Assembly: GCA_964016885.1 (NCBI GenBank)
Contig: OZ024763.1
Coordinates: 14,136,001 to 14,200,000, forward strand
Length of the DNA: 64,000 nucleotides
Reading direction: 5' to 3'
DNA from: Eledone cirrhosa
Lineage: Eukaryota
Shown here: positions 12,194 through 24,800 of the stretch, in pieces
Layout of the letters: each line of letters opens with the position of its first letter
Numbering within the stretch: position 1 is the first letter of the stretch
Position numbers and translations under genes: made by a program
Notes under the pieces: generated by a model
What the model saw: only the letters and a program-made list of their open reading frames with translations
Database searches by the model: none
What the model was told of the DNA's origin: nothing

Positions 12194-13001
12194 AGGTATG
12201 ACAGTTGAAGAAGGCCACTGCAGATTATCGGGTTGTAGGATGAAATGAACCTTAGAGAAAGTAAGTGAAGATATATTTTCTGAAATTGCCAGAAGAATAA
12301 AAATCCCATGTCGACCCTTTGGAAGTATTGATAATGCTGAAAAAGGCATGAATGCCACAACATCTATTATGCTTGGAAATACAAAGTGGGTTTCTGAAAG
12401 CTCCAGAGGAATAAAATACAAGGTCGGTCGTTGGTAGTGCGAATAACATAGAAAAAGACATGAAGGCCACCACATCAAGTTTGCTTGGATATAGAAAAGT
12501 AGCTTTATAAATATAAATGTTCATAGTACTTTTGTGGCAGTCTCTGTGGGCTAATGGTATGTGATAGAGACGGTGAAGATCCTGGTCTCTGGTTCAATCT
12601 CGACCAGGAACTACACTAACGTTTTTCATTTTACTAGAGATAAAATAAAAAAACTTTTAATTTTTTCACTAAGACCCATCTAGTCCTGGCCAAGATTGAA
12701 CCCGACACCAGGATCTTCACCGTCTCCCATACCTTCCACAAGGCCACCGAAACTTGCTACAAAAAGTGATTGAAAATTAATATTTATAAACCTACTTTAC
12801 TATTTTCAAGCAAAATTGATGTGGTGGCGTTCATGCCTTACTCAATGTTATAAATACTAAAAGGGGTCGACTCTGTCTTTCATCCTCCTGGGTCTTTGAT
12901 AAATTAAATCTTCACTTTGTTTCTTATCGCTCTACGGTTGATTTGAACCTACAATGTCCCCGTCTACAATAATATTTACTAACTTTAAATCTATCATACC
13001 T
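12194..13001. repeat. Long imperfect inverted repeat, hairpin C2
   Basis: Same arms as C1. The left arm has an internal ~113 bp tandem duplication (~12277-12390 / 12391-12503). Confidence 0.92.
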
Positions 13002-14704
13002 GGTTGGTGTGTGTGTGTGTGTGTGAAATATTCCCACCTCGTACAATACGCCCGTAAATTGTTAAACCTGATTTCTATATAGATAATATATGTAGCAGTG
13101 TAAGATCTGAACCTACAATGATATGTTTTGCAGTAATTTTACACAATTTCAACTAAATAGCGATATGTATATGTTTTTCGTTTCTTAAAAATAAAAGAAA
13201 TTCTATATCCGCAGCTAAATATTGAACTCCTGACAGCACCACAAACTACATTAAATATTTAACTACCAAGTCTCACACGACTTTGTAACTAAATGATAAA
13301 ATAATAACACCTAAATTTTTAATTGATATTACTTCACCTTTTTGTGTTCTCATCTCGGTGAAAATCTGGCCCTGATTAATTTAACATTTTTATTTTTGGA
13401 GAGATAAAATATAGTACCAGTCACATAGTGGGATCAATTTAAACGATCGAATTCTCACCGCAAATGTCTGACTTCTGCCTCAGTTACAAACAAAGAGAGT
13501 TTATCTATGTGTGTATATATATATATATATATTAGTTAAAGTATGTGTTAGCAATAAATAAATGAAAAAAATTAAATAATGACAGTAAGACATTTTTATT
13601 CAGTAGTTTTATTTTTATTGTGATTTTCAATACATTAACTGTCCAGTGTGGCCTTTTGTTTTTGTTTCTGCTTATATTCTATTGCAAATGGCGGCTACGG
13701 CGAAACTGGATTACCAAGGTTTACTGGATGTTGTCTTTTGCTTTGTGGATTACTTTACAAACTGGAGACATCAGGATATCTACCGCAATACCCGAGATAA
13801 ACATAAGGTGTGTCTTTTACGCAATATTTCGTTTTACAGACATGTTCGACTTGATCAAATTTGACCTGTCTATGAGACAGAGATTCTATTTCAAAACAAA
13901 CCACACAGACCAACCACGAATAATCTAACATTAGTTTTTCAAAAGATAATCCATCTTTAAAGAGAGACAAATATTTAAAAATTGACGTTCAAAGGAACAC
14001 TCGATAGCAGAAAGAATCTCAGCCGCAATTTAATGTCTGAAGTGAGACATTTTTCACGACATAAATATAGTTTCATGCCCCTCCTCTCACATCTGACTCG
14101 TTTTCTTAAAACTTACTTCTAATAATACATATTTTATAGACATATACTTTCGAAGGTAAACATTATGTTTTTGTGTTGTGTTTTGTAATTTTTCAATTCG
14201 TAGTTTTAGAAATGACATTCCGATTATGTAGAAAATCTATGACATTATTCTGATTGATATTATACTTTATCAACACGAGATTGGAAGACAGGCATAATTA
14301 ACGAATTTTCAAGTTTATATTTAGCCGACTCCAAACACAGTACGTAAGTTTTTAGTACACGAAATCTTTAACGAACTTAACTACATACAATAATGAAAGT
14401 ATTTGAAGTAAATTAATGAGTTTCACCGACATTATCGTAATCTACATCATGGAAGACGGATCTCTGTATATTTTCATGTAAAATATATTCACCGTGAACA
14501 AATTCATGGAGTGACGACTAAACTGTAGTTATGTCCAAGCCAATTGATACCATTCTAAGTTAGTTGATATATTTTGAAGCGTTGCGAGATTTACTGAGTT
14601 CTTTTCTTATTGCCATAGCATGATCAAATTCACTACAATGCTTTCTGCTCACTTTTACTCAGCATCACAAATATTATTTAATCTATTCATTCGTTCTTCA
14701 TCTG

Positions 14705-15200
14705 TCATATATTTTTATCATCATTTACTGTTGTGTCGTCTACTCCATCATTTAAACTATTCCATTCACTAATATCTCTTTGAGAAATATATATTTTCTG
14801 ATGTCTTTAGAGCATTGTATCTTATAAACAGTATAATGGTATCCTATTCTTAGATTTACATTTTCTTCCGTAATTTCAAGTCCTTCCATCATCTTAAATA
14901 TTTCTATCATGTCTCCCCTTTGTTTTATCTCTTTCTAAGTTTTTACATCTTTATTCTCAAGACAGATTTCTTAATTCTTTTGTTTTATTTTTTGTTCTTC
15001 TCTGGATTCTTTCAATATTTTCTGTCGTGCGTCCATGTCCCTACGGAATACTCTACGTGGTGTCGCTCATATCATTCATCGATAATTTAAAATTTGTTTG
15101 CATTTCGCTAGGTAAATTATTATTCCTATCGTCTCACTTGCTACTTTTTGCCTTTAACATGGTTAGCCACCTTTCAATTACAATATACATATTCGAAATA
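14705..15200 (-). mobile_element. CR1-clade LINE 3' remnant (module D)
   Basis: Minus strand reads RIGYHYTVYKIQCSKDIRKY then, after a frameshift, SQRDISEWNSLNDGV. Confidence 0.8.
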
Positions 15201-15244
15201 TATTTTTTTGTGGGGTGGGGGAATAAGGGGTACTTTTCTACCCG

Positions 15245-15275
<31 letters not shown>

Positions 15276-15315
15276 ACCGTCTGCCCTTTCCTTAAAGGTA
15301 CGAATATATTAAACA

Positions 15316-15349
<34 letters not shown>

Positions 15350-15992
15350 TCCATGAACAAGGATAGCTGCATATTTACACTTCCCCCAATCATTTTGTCT
15401 TGAAAATAAACATGTCTTAAAATCTATGTGTGTTCCATTTCAATTAATTTCTTATTTCGTGTTTCAGTACATTTGTTCTTAAAACTAAGGGGGTCTTACA
15501 TCCCAAAAAATATTGTAAGATGTCTCCATAGATTGACATTCTCAATTTAATTCTTTCTCTTGTGTATTGTTCTCTAATGGATAACATATGTATGTTGTTC
15601 ATTAGAGGTAGAAGTAACACGACCTTCCCTCATCGCTGCACAGATCTAACTGGCAGTGTGTTTAGCATGAGTGCTGGTAAGTATTCGACAACTGTGAACA
15701 TCAGCTGTGAAGTCAGAACAAACTGCCTTTATATAGGGTGTTAATTGGAAAGACTAAACAGTGAGATAAAGTGACGAGGTTCAATCTCTACCAAGAATTA
15801 CACAAGGTTATTTTAAACCAGAAATTATTATGTTGTTGCTGTAAATGTGTAGTCAGGGTTTCAATCCTTAGCAGGGTTTGTAGAGTTACATTTATGTAAT
15901 TATTAACAAATAAAAACAGATTTATATAGCGATGTTGTACGTTCAAATAAAACACACACACATATATATATAAATAAATATTTATATGTTAT

Positions 15993-16184
15993 ATTGTTTC
16001 TAATTTTGGCACAAGGCCAGCAATTATCCCAGTGTATTACTGGTACTTTATTTTATTGACCCTGTAAAGATGAAAGGCAAAGTTAACCTCGGCGGGATTT
16101 GAACTCAGAATGGCAAGGGCCGTAACTCTATGCTGGGAAGCATAGCGTTTGAACCTCTACCGATTCTGCTAATACACCGCCCCT
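15993..16184 (-). mobile_element. tRNA-derived SINE (octopod-type family)
   Basis: Reverse complement of the family at 36672 and 38451. It has a B-box (gagttcaaatcc) and core gaggttaactttgcctttcatc. Confidence 0.88.
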
Positions 16185-16225
16185 GCCAAGACACCGCCCT
16201 ATGTAGTGTTAATAAGACGGAACCA

Positions 16226-16590
16226 GCATGAATGTAACCACATCTATTTAGCTTGCTAATAGAAAGTAGTTTCATATATATTAAATTTCAATTAGTTCTG
16301 TAGCTGTTATTGTTACGGTGGCCTAGTGGGGGTTATTAGAGACGGTGGAGGACCTGGTTTGGTTTTCAATGAAGACATACATTAAGGGGGTCTTACTTTT
16401 CCATTTTATAAGAGAAAAAATGTAAGATTTAGTGAGATTATATCCTGATTCAGATCGAACTCACGACCAGGAACGGATTCACCTCTAATACATACCACTG
16501 GGTCACCAAAACGGATGTAAAACCTCACTGAAAATGAATATATATCAACCTACTTTCAATATGGAACCAATATTGTTGCAGATGTTCGGT
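16226..16590. repeat. Shorter, diverged inverted repeat, hairpin D
   Basis: gaaagtagtttcatatatattaaatttca pairs with tgaaaatgaatatatatcaacctactttc, and ggtggcctagtgg with ccactgggtcacc. Confidence 0.75.
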
Positions 16591-16684
16591 TTTCTCTTAG
16601 CTTTCATAAATTGAATGTTGAATTAGCTTCTCATCGATATAGGGAAGATTGGAACATTCAATAATTCCGTATATATATATACAT

Positions 16685-16721
<37 letters not shown>

Positions 16722-17196
16722 AAACAAAGAAATAAGTCACCAAGTTCAACAGTTTATAAATTATTTATTTCATCAACACTTGTTTCATTGCTATTACATG
16801 TTACACATCTTTAGAAAGACATCGTCAGGAACAATTCTAAACATAACATTGGAAGTCTACAATATAAAATAAATCAATTTTGAGGTTGAATATATATTTC
16901 AATGCCATATTGTTGTTTTATCAACTGATAGAATTTTCAACACGTAATATATATATATATATATATATACGTAAGCATGTATGTTTATATATATATATAT
17001 GTATGTGTTTATATATATGTGTGTATATATATATACATGTGCGTGTATATGGCAATAGGGTGCAAGAGTAACACACTATTGAACTCCCGAACTAGGGTGC
17101 CACAGTATGGCACTTTAGAGCTTCAGTGCTGCACTATGGTATTTAGTAGATTTAACTAAACTTAGTACTGACTTAGTACTGAGTTAGTAGAGTTAA

Positions 17197-17373
17197 AAGC
17201 GAATACAAGCAGCCAAAATGGGGTTCCTCGAAAGGGTCTTTGGAGTAACGTTACTTGATAAAGTGTGTAGCTCAGAGATCAGAGAGTCACTCCAGGTAGA
17301 GCTGCTACTTCTCCCAACTGAGAGATCACAGCTCTGATACTATGGACATGTGGTTAGAATGTCTCAGGAAAGA
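17197..17373 (+). mobile_element. RTE-clade (Expander/Rex3-like) LINE fragment
   Basis: Translates [58 protein letters not shown], matching the RTE post-RT motif IQAAEMSFLRRV...IERSQLRWFGHLVRM. Confidence 0.85.
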
Positions 17374-17374
17374 A

Positions 17375-17671
17375 TATGTATATATTTATGTATGTATGTA
17401 TATATATATCTATGTATATATGTCTACATATACATATATATACATAGATATATATATATATACATATAGATAGACAGATAGATATATATATATAGATATA
17501 TATATATATACATATAGATAGACAGATAGATATATATATATAGATATAGATATATATATATATATAGATATATATATAGATTAGATATAGATATATATAT
17601 AGATATATATATAGATTAGATATATATATATATATATATATAGATTAGATATATATATATATATATATATT

Positions 17672-17738
<67 letters not shown>

Positions 17739-17740
17739 TA

Positions 17741-17826
<86 letters not shown>

Positions 17827-17908
17827 CATACATAGATATATAGATATATACATAGATATATATACATAGATATATATACATATGTATGTATGTATATATA
17901 TATAGACA
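17375..17908. repeat. Compound (TA)n/(TAGA) microsatellite; shorter counterpart at 56818-57128
   Basis: Seen directly. Confidence 0.95.
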
Positions 17909-17934
17909 TATGACCGTGAAATATGTGTGAGGTA

Positions 17935-20554
17935 AAGTAAATCTAGACTTTATTTCTCATTGCTCTAGGCTTGATTTGAACCTACAACAACTCCGTCTGC
18001 AATAATGTCATACCTCATTCCAGCGTAAATTGTTAAACGTGGTTCCTATATATATACATGCAAGTAAGATTTGAACCTACAATGCTGTGCTTAATTCCTA
18101 TTAATAAATGTGTTTTATAAAAGAAAGTAAAGAAACAATTTAATGAAAGTAAAATATTTATTTTATTCAGGAATTTATTTTTTTATTTTATGTATTCACT
18201 TCATTAACTGCTGAATAGTTCTTGTTTTTGTTTTTGTTTGTTCTTACCATTGTTTACTGTAAACGGTGAGTGTTACGAGACTGGATTATTACAAAGTTTT
18301 ACTGGATGATGGCATTTTCTTATTGTATTATTTTGTTGTCAGTGGACATCTCTCTAAATACCTGGAATAAACATATGGTGTGTCTTTTACGTAACATTTC
18401 ATTTAATATCTGATGTTCCAATGGATTACTTTTAAAATAAAACCAATAAACAGGACAGGGAGACTCCATGATGAGGTACGAATAATCTAAAATTAATTTT
18501 AAAAAGAAGACAATGTTTAAAGAAAGACAAACAATCACATCCACAATTTAATATCTGAATATCAACATTTTTCACGATATAAATATGTAAAGTTAAGAGA
18601 CCTCTCATTTATTTGCTCTAACTTTATTTTACTAATCTATTCTGTAGACTTATATTTTCGTTGGTGTACATTACGATTTCGTTGATGAAATTTTCTTTCG
18701 TCTTTAGATCTATATTTTACTTCTGGAATACTGTATTAACAATTATATCACTTGTCTTTAGATCTTTATTTCTTATAAAAGTCACCTCTTCCCATTATAT
18801 TTTCATATATATATATTTGAAAAAAGGAAAAGAATGACTTGACTTGTAGTTCTAAACAATTTTATTTAGAACTACAAATGAAGTCATTCTTTTCCTTTTT
18901 TTAAATATATCTGACTGTACCAAGGATTTCACACACACACACACACACACACACATATTTCTACCTGGAGTTTCGACCGATAGATAGTATTAGCAATTAG
19001 AAAGACCATTTTCATTTATATATACCCATACATTCATATTTACTCACTTCTATGTAAAATATACATATATATATATATATATATATATTAAAAGCACATA
19101 CCATCATAATAACGATTGACTACTCATCAGGACACATGCTTGCTCATGTAAAAATTCTCAGAGACACTTACGAAAACCGAACTTGCAACGCCAGGTACAC
19201 TTACATACACATATATAGGTACATCAAAGTTTAGGTTTCGCTCTTGTACCATTCGAGGAAGTTAGAAACAAGTACCAGTGTAGTACTGGGTCGATTCTTC
19301 TCAATTCCTTTCTCTCACTCTCTGTAAGAGATCTGGGTGTGGAGATGGGATCTGTCAACTTTTACAAAGTACCCTAGACACCCTGAATGTCAATGTCGGG
19401 CCTTTAGGACTCCCTCACAAGTTATAGGTCGCTACATAAGACAGATTCTTTAGATCTCTTTTACTCGATGATGCAAGACAAGTTTTCAGTGAGTCAGAAA
19501 GTGATATGAAGGGATAAATATTAGATAGTTAAGATGCTACGTAAAGCGGGCGGTGACAACATCGAGGAGCAGATGTGCCATGTGGAAATAGACATCGACA
19601 TATAAATATACAAAGATGGGGGGGGACCTTATCATCATAGACAATTGGTCTTATGTGTGTGTGGCTTCTGCAGGACTAGAACGGTTTCATTCGAAAGAAA
19701 TCAAGGGCTTTCCTGATGATATTTTCCGAATGAAACAGTTCTAGTCCCGTAGAAGACATTTCTATATGAAATATTTATACTCTGATATATATTGAGTACC
19801 TTACTTACTGTGGCGTTCATGCCTTTCTTAGTGTTGCTGTTATTAGAAAGGGTCGACTTTGTCTTTCATAATTCAGGCTCTTTCATGAAGTAAATATTCA
19901 TTTTATTTCTTAACGCCCTAGTGTTGATTTGAACCTACAATGACTTCGTCTGCAATAATGTTCACTAATTTCAAATCTGCCATACCTAAATCCTGTGTGC
20001 GACTTACAAATAAATTGCTAAACGTCACTTTTATCAATGTAAGATTGGAACCTACAGTGATGTGCTTTGCAGTAATGTCCCGTAACTCGAACTAGATTGA
20101 GCTAAGCTTGTATATTTCTTTCGTCCGAATAACATAATGGTTTCGATCCCAGTTCGCTACTGGTACAAGAAATAATTTTTAGAAATTCTATATCCCCAGC
20201 TAAATATTGAACTCCTAACGACATTTTATGTTACTTAATACCAAAGCCCTGAACACACATTTATATTTATAACTCAATTTCTAATTTTTAAATGATATTA
20301 CACCACCTTTGTGTTTTCGGTGGATATTAATTTACAATTTTATAGCAGAAAAATAGAGTACCAGTCATTTTATAGGTTCAATTTAATCGATCGGCTTCTC
20401 CCCGTCAATCACTTGACAAACAAAGACACACAAACAGTATATATATATGATACGACAAATTTGAAATAAATTACGTGTTTAAGAAAAAGAATTATTGAAT
20501 GTAAGTAATAATATTTTTATTGTTTGTTTTCACTGCATTAACTGCTGAGTGTGA
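17935..20554. repeat. Deleted, diverged paralog of ~1968-6368 (right hairpin arms only)
   Basis: 17935-18780 matches 1968-2900, 18960-19810 matches 3320-4390, and 19810-20554 matches 5535-6368. Confidence 0.88.
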
Positions 20555-21851
20555 TGGAGAGAGAGGGATGGAGAGAGGGGTGGAGAGAGAGGGATGGAGA
20601 GAGAGAGGGATGGAGAGAGAGAGAAAGAGAAAGAGATAGAGAGAGAGAGGGTGAATGGAGAGAGGGGTGGATAGAGAGAGAGTTGGATGGATAGAGAGAG
20701 GGAGAGAGATGGATGGAGAGAGGGGTGGAGAGAGAGAGTGAGGGATGGAGAGAGAGGGATGGATGGAAGGAGAGAGTGAGGGATGGAAGGAGAGAGTGAG
20801 GGATGGAAGGAGAGAGTGAGGGATGGAGAGATAGTGGAGAGTGAGGAATGGAGAGAGAGTGAGGAATGGAAGGAGAGAGAGTGAGGAATGGAAAGAGAGA
20901 GAGGAATGGAAAGAGAGAGGGGTGGATGGAGAGAGAGAGAGAGAGATGGAAAGAGAGGGGTGGATGGAAAGAGTGAGGGATGGATGGAAGGAGAGAGGAA
21001 TGGATAGAGAGAGAGAGAGGGAGAGAGGGAGAAGGATGGATGGAAGGAGAGAGGGAGAAGGATGGATGGAAGGAGAGAGGGAGAAGGATGGAAAGAGAGA
21101 TGGATGGAGAGGGATGGATGGAAAGAGAGGGGGATGGATGGAGAGAGAGAGGGGTGGATGGAGAGAGAGAGAGAGGGATGGATGGAAGGAGAGAGAGAGA
21201 GGAATGGAGAGTGAGGAATGGGGAGAGAGTTGGATGGATAGAGAGAGAGAGGGATGGATGGAGAGAGAGAGGGAGTTGGATGGATAGAGAGAGGGAGAAA
21301 GATGAATGGAGAGAGAGAGGGGTGGAGAGAGGGATGGATGGAGAGAGAGAGATGGATGGAGAGAGGGATGGAGAGAGAGGGATGGAAGGATAGAGAGAGG
21401 GGTGGATAGAGAGAGAGAGGGATGGAAGGATAGAGAGAGATGGAAGGATAGAGAGAGGGATGGATGGATAGAGAGAGAAAGGGGTGGATAGAAGGAGAGA
21501 GTGAGGAATGGAGAGAGAGAGAGAGTAGGATGGATGGATAGAGAGGGATGGATAGAGATGGAAGGATGGAGAGATGAAAGGATAGAGAGAGATGAAAGGA
21601 TAGAGAGAGATGAAAGGATGGAGCGAGGGATGGAGAGAGAGAGGGATGGAGAGAGAGAGAGAGGGAGAATGATGGATGGAGAGAGGGATGGATAGGAGAG
21701 AGGGAGAATGATGGATGGAGAGAGGGATGGATGGAAGGAGAGAGGGATGGATGGAAGGAGAGAGAGATGGAAGGATAGAGAGAGAGAGGGATGGATCGAG
21801 AGAGGGAGAATGATGAATGGAGAGAGAGAGGGATGGATGTAGAGAGGGATG

Positions 21852-21898
<47 letters not shown>

Positions 21899-24800
21899 AG
21901 AGGGGTCAAGAGAGGGATGGATGGAAGGATAGAGAGGGATGGATGGAGAGAGAGAAGGAAGGATAGAGAGAGAGGGAAGGATAGAGAGAGAGAGGGATAG
22001 AGAGAGAGAGAGGGATGGAAGGAGAGGGATGGGTGGAGAGAGAGAGAGAGAGAGGGATGGACCGATAGAGAGAGAAGGATGGATGGAGAGAGGGATGGAA
22101 TGGACAGAGAGAGGGATGGAAGGAGAGAGAGAGAGAGGGGTATGGAAGGGGAGAGAGAGAGGGGTATGGATGGAGAGAGAGGGATGGAGAGAGATGGATG
22201 GAAGGAGAGAGAGAGGGATGGTTGAGAGGGAGAGATAGATGTAGGGAGAGGGGTGGATGAAGAGAGAGGGAGATGGAAGGAGAGGGAGGGGTGGATAGAG
22301 AGAGAGAGGGGTGGATAGAGAGAGAGAGGGGTGGAGAGAGAGAGAGGGGTGGATAGAGAGAGAGGGGGGGGGTGGATAGAGAGAGAGGGGGGGGTGGATA
22401 GAGAGAGGGGGGGTGGATAGAGAGAGAGGGGGGTGGATAGAGAGAGGGGGGTGGATAGAGAGAGAGGGGGGGTGGATAGAGAGAGAGGGGGGATAGAGAG
22501 AGAGGGGGGGTGGATAGAGAGAGAGGGGGGGTGGATAGAGAGAGAGGGGGGGTGGATAGAGGGAGAGAGAGATGGAGAGAGAGAGAGAGGGATGGAGGGA
22601 GAATGATGAATGGAGAGAGGGATGGATGGAGGGAGAATGATGAATGGAGAGAGGGATGGATGTAGAGAGAATGATGAATGGAGAGAGGGATGGATGTAGA
22701 GAGAGGGATGGAGGGAGAGAGAGAGAGGGAGGGATGGAGAGAGGGGTGGATAGAGGGAGAGGGGTGGATGGAGAGAGAGAGGGATGGAGAGAGAGCGAGA
22801 GAGGGAGAAGGATGGATGGAAGGATAGAGAGAGGGATGGATGGAGAGAGAGGGATGGAGGGAGAGGGATGGAAGGAGAGAGAGGGATGGAAGGAGAGAGA
22901 GGGATGGAAGGAGAGAGAGGGAGTACGATGAATGGAGAGGGATGGATGTAGAGAGAGGGAGTACGATGAATGGAGAGAGGGATGGATGTAGAGAGAGAGA
23001 GGGGTGGATGGAAGGATGGAGAGAGAGGGGTGGATGGAAGGATGAAGAGAGAGAGGGATGGATGAAGAGAGAGAGGAATGGGGAGAGAGAGGGAGATGGA
23101 TAGGAGAGAGATGGATATAGAGAGTGAGGAATGGAGAGAGAGAGATGGAAGGATAGAGAGAGGGATGGATGGAAGGAGAGAGAGAGATGGAAGGATAGAG
23201 AGAGAGAGGGATGGAAGGTGAGAGAGAGAGAGGGATGGAAGGTGAGAGAAAGAGAGGGGGGAAAGGGATGGAAGGAGAGAGAGTAGGGATGGATGGATAG
23301 AGAGGAATGGAAGGAGAGAGGGGGATGGATGGAGAGAGGGAGGGATGGAGAGAGAGAGAGGAATGGATGGAGAGAGAGGGATGGAAGGAGAGAGAGAGAG
23401 AGAGAGAGATGGATAGAGAGAGGAATGGAAGGAGAGAGAGAGAGAGGGGGATGGATGGATAGAGAGAGGAATGGAAGGAGAGAGAGAGGGATGGATGTAA
23501 GGAGAGAGAGAGAGAGGGATGGAGAGAGAGAGGGAGAGGGATGGAGAGAGAGAGAGAGAGAGAGAGGGATGGAAGGAGAGAGAGGGAGAGGGATGGAGAG
23601 AGAGAGGGAGAGGGATGGAGAGAGAGAGAGAGAGGGATGGAAGGAGAGAGAGAGAGGGATGGAAGGAGAGAGAGAGGGAGGGAGGGATGGAAGGAGAGAG
23701 AGAGAGAGAGAGAGGGATGGAGAGAGAGAGGGGGTAGGAGAGAGGGATGGATGTAGAGAGAGAGAGAGAGAGAGATGGAAGGAGAGAAAGAGAGAGGGGT
23801 GGAGAGAGAGGGGTGGAGAGAGAGGGATGGAGAGAGAGAGAAAGAGAGAGGGGTGGAGAGAGAGAAAGAGATAGAGAGAGAGAGGGTGAATGGAGAGAGG
23901 GGTGGATAGAGAGAGAGTTGGATGGATAGAGAGAGTGAGGGATGGAAGGAGAGAGTGAGGGATGGAAGGAGAGAGAGAGGAATGGATAGAGAGAGGGGTG
24001 GATGGAGAGAGTGAGGGATGGATAGAGAGAGAGAGAGGGAGAAGGATGGATGGAAGGAGAGAGGGATGGATGGATGGAAGGAGAGAGGGATGGATGGATG
24101 GAGAGAGAGAGGGATGGATGGATGGAGAGAGAGAGGGATGGATGGATGGAGAGAGGGATGGATGGAGAGAGAGGGGGATGGATGGAAGGAGAGAGAGAGA
24201 GGGATGGATGGAAGGAGAGAGAGAGAGGAATGGAGAGTGAGGAATGGGGAGAGAGAGAGGGATGGATGGAGAGAGAGAGGGATGGATGGAAGGAGAGAGA
24301 GAGAGAGGGATGGATGGAAGGAGAGAGAGAGAGGAATGGAGAGTGAGGAATGGGGAGAGAGTTGGATGGATAGAGAGAGAGAGGGATGGAAGGATAGAGA
24401 GAGAGAGGGATGGAAGGATAGAGAGAGAGGGAAGGATAGAGAGAGAGAGGGGTGGATAGAGAGAGAGAGGGGTGGATAGAGAGAGAGAGAGAGAGATGGA
24501 TGGATGGAGAGAGAGGGATGGATGGAGAGAGGGATGGATGGAGAGAGAGTGAGCAATGGAGAGAGAGGTATGGATGGAGAGAGAGAGGGATGGAAGGATG
24601 GAGAGAGATGGAAGGATAGAGAGAGAGGGATGGAAGGAGAGAGAGAGAGAGGGGAATGGATGTAGAGAGAGAGGGATGGATGTAGAGAGCGGGATGGAAG
24701 GATGGATGAGGAGAGAGGCGTGGATGGAGAGAGAGGGGTGGATGGAGAGAGATGGATGGATAGAGAGAGAGGGATGGAAGGAGAGAGGGAGAACGATGAA

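Larger units (their letters stand above)
7451..14623. repeat. Two tandem 3.4/3.8 kb modules (7451-10827, 10828-14623); a third, more diverged module starts at 14624
   Basis: Anchor tcaaattcac(t/g)acaatgcttt at 7451, 10828 and 14624. ORFs 8724/12163, 8746/12185 and 10192/13646 are paralogous. More diverged relatives lie at 1-2750 and 4934-7180. Confidence 0.93.
1..20554. repeat. Copy 1 of the ~39.3 kb tandem segmental duplication (part alignable to copy 2)
   Basis: Position 1 (aagatttatctcctctaaatttacaaaagttcac) recurs at 39329. ORF-track entries repeat almost verbatim at offsets 39324-39444 (e.g. 1192/40520, 7895/47273, 16880/56324). Confidence 0.97.
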
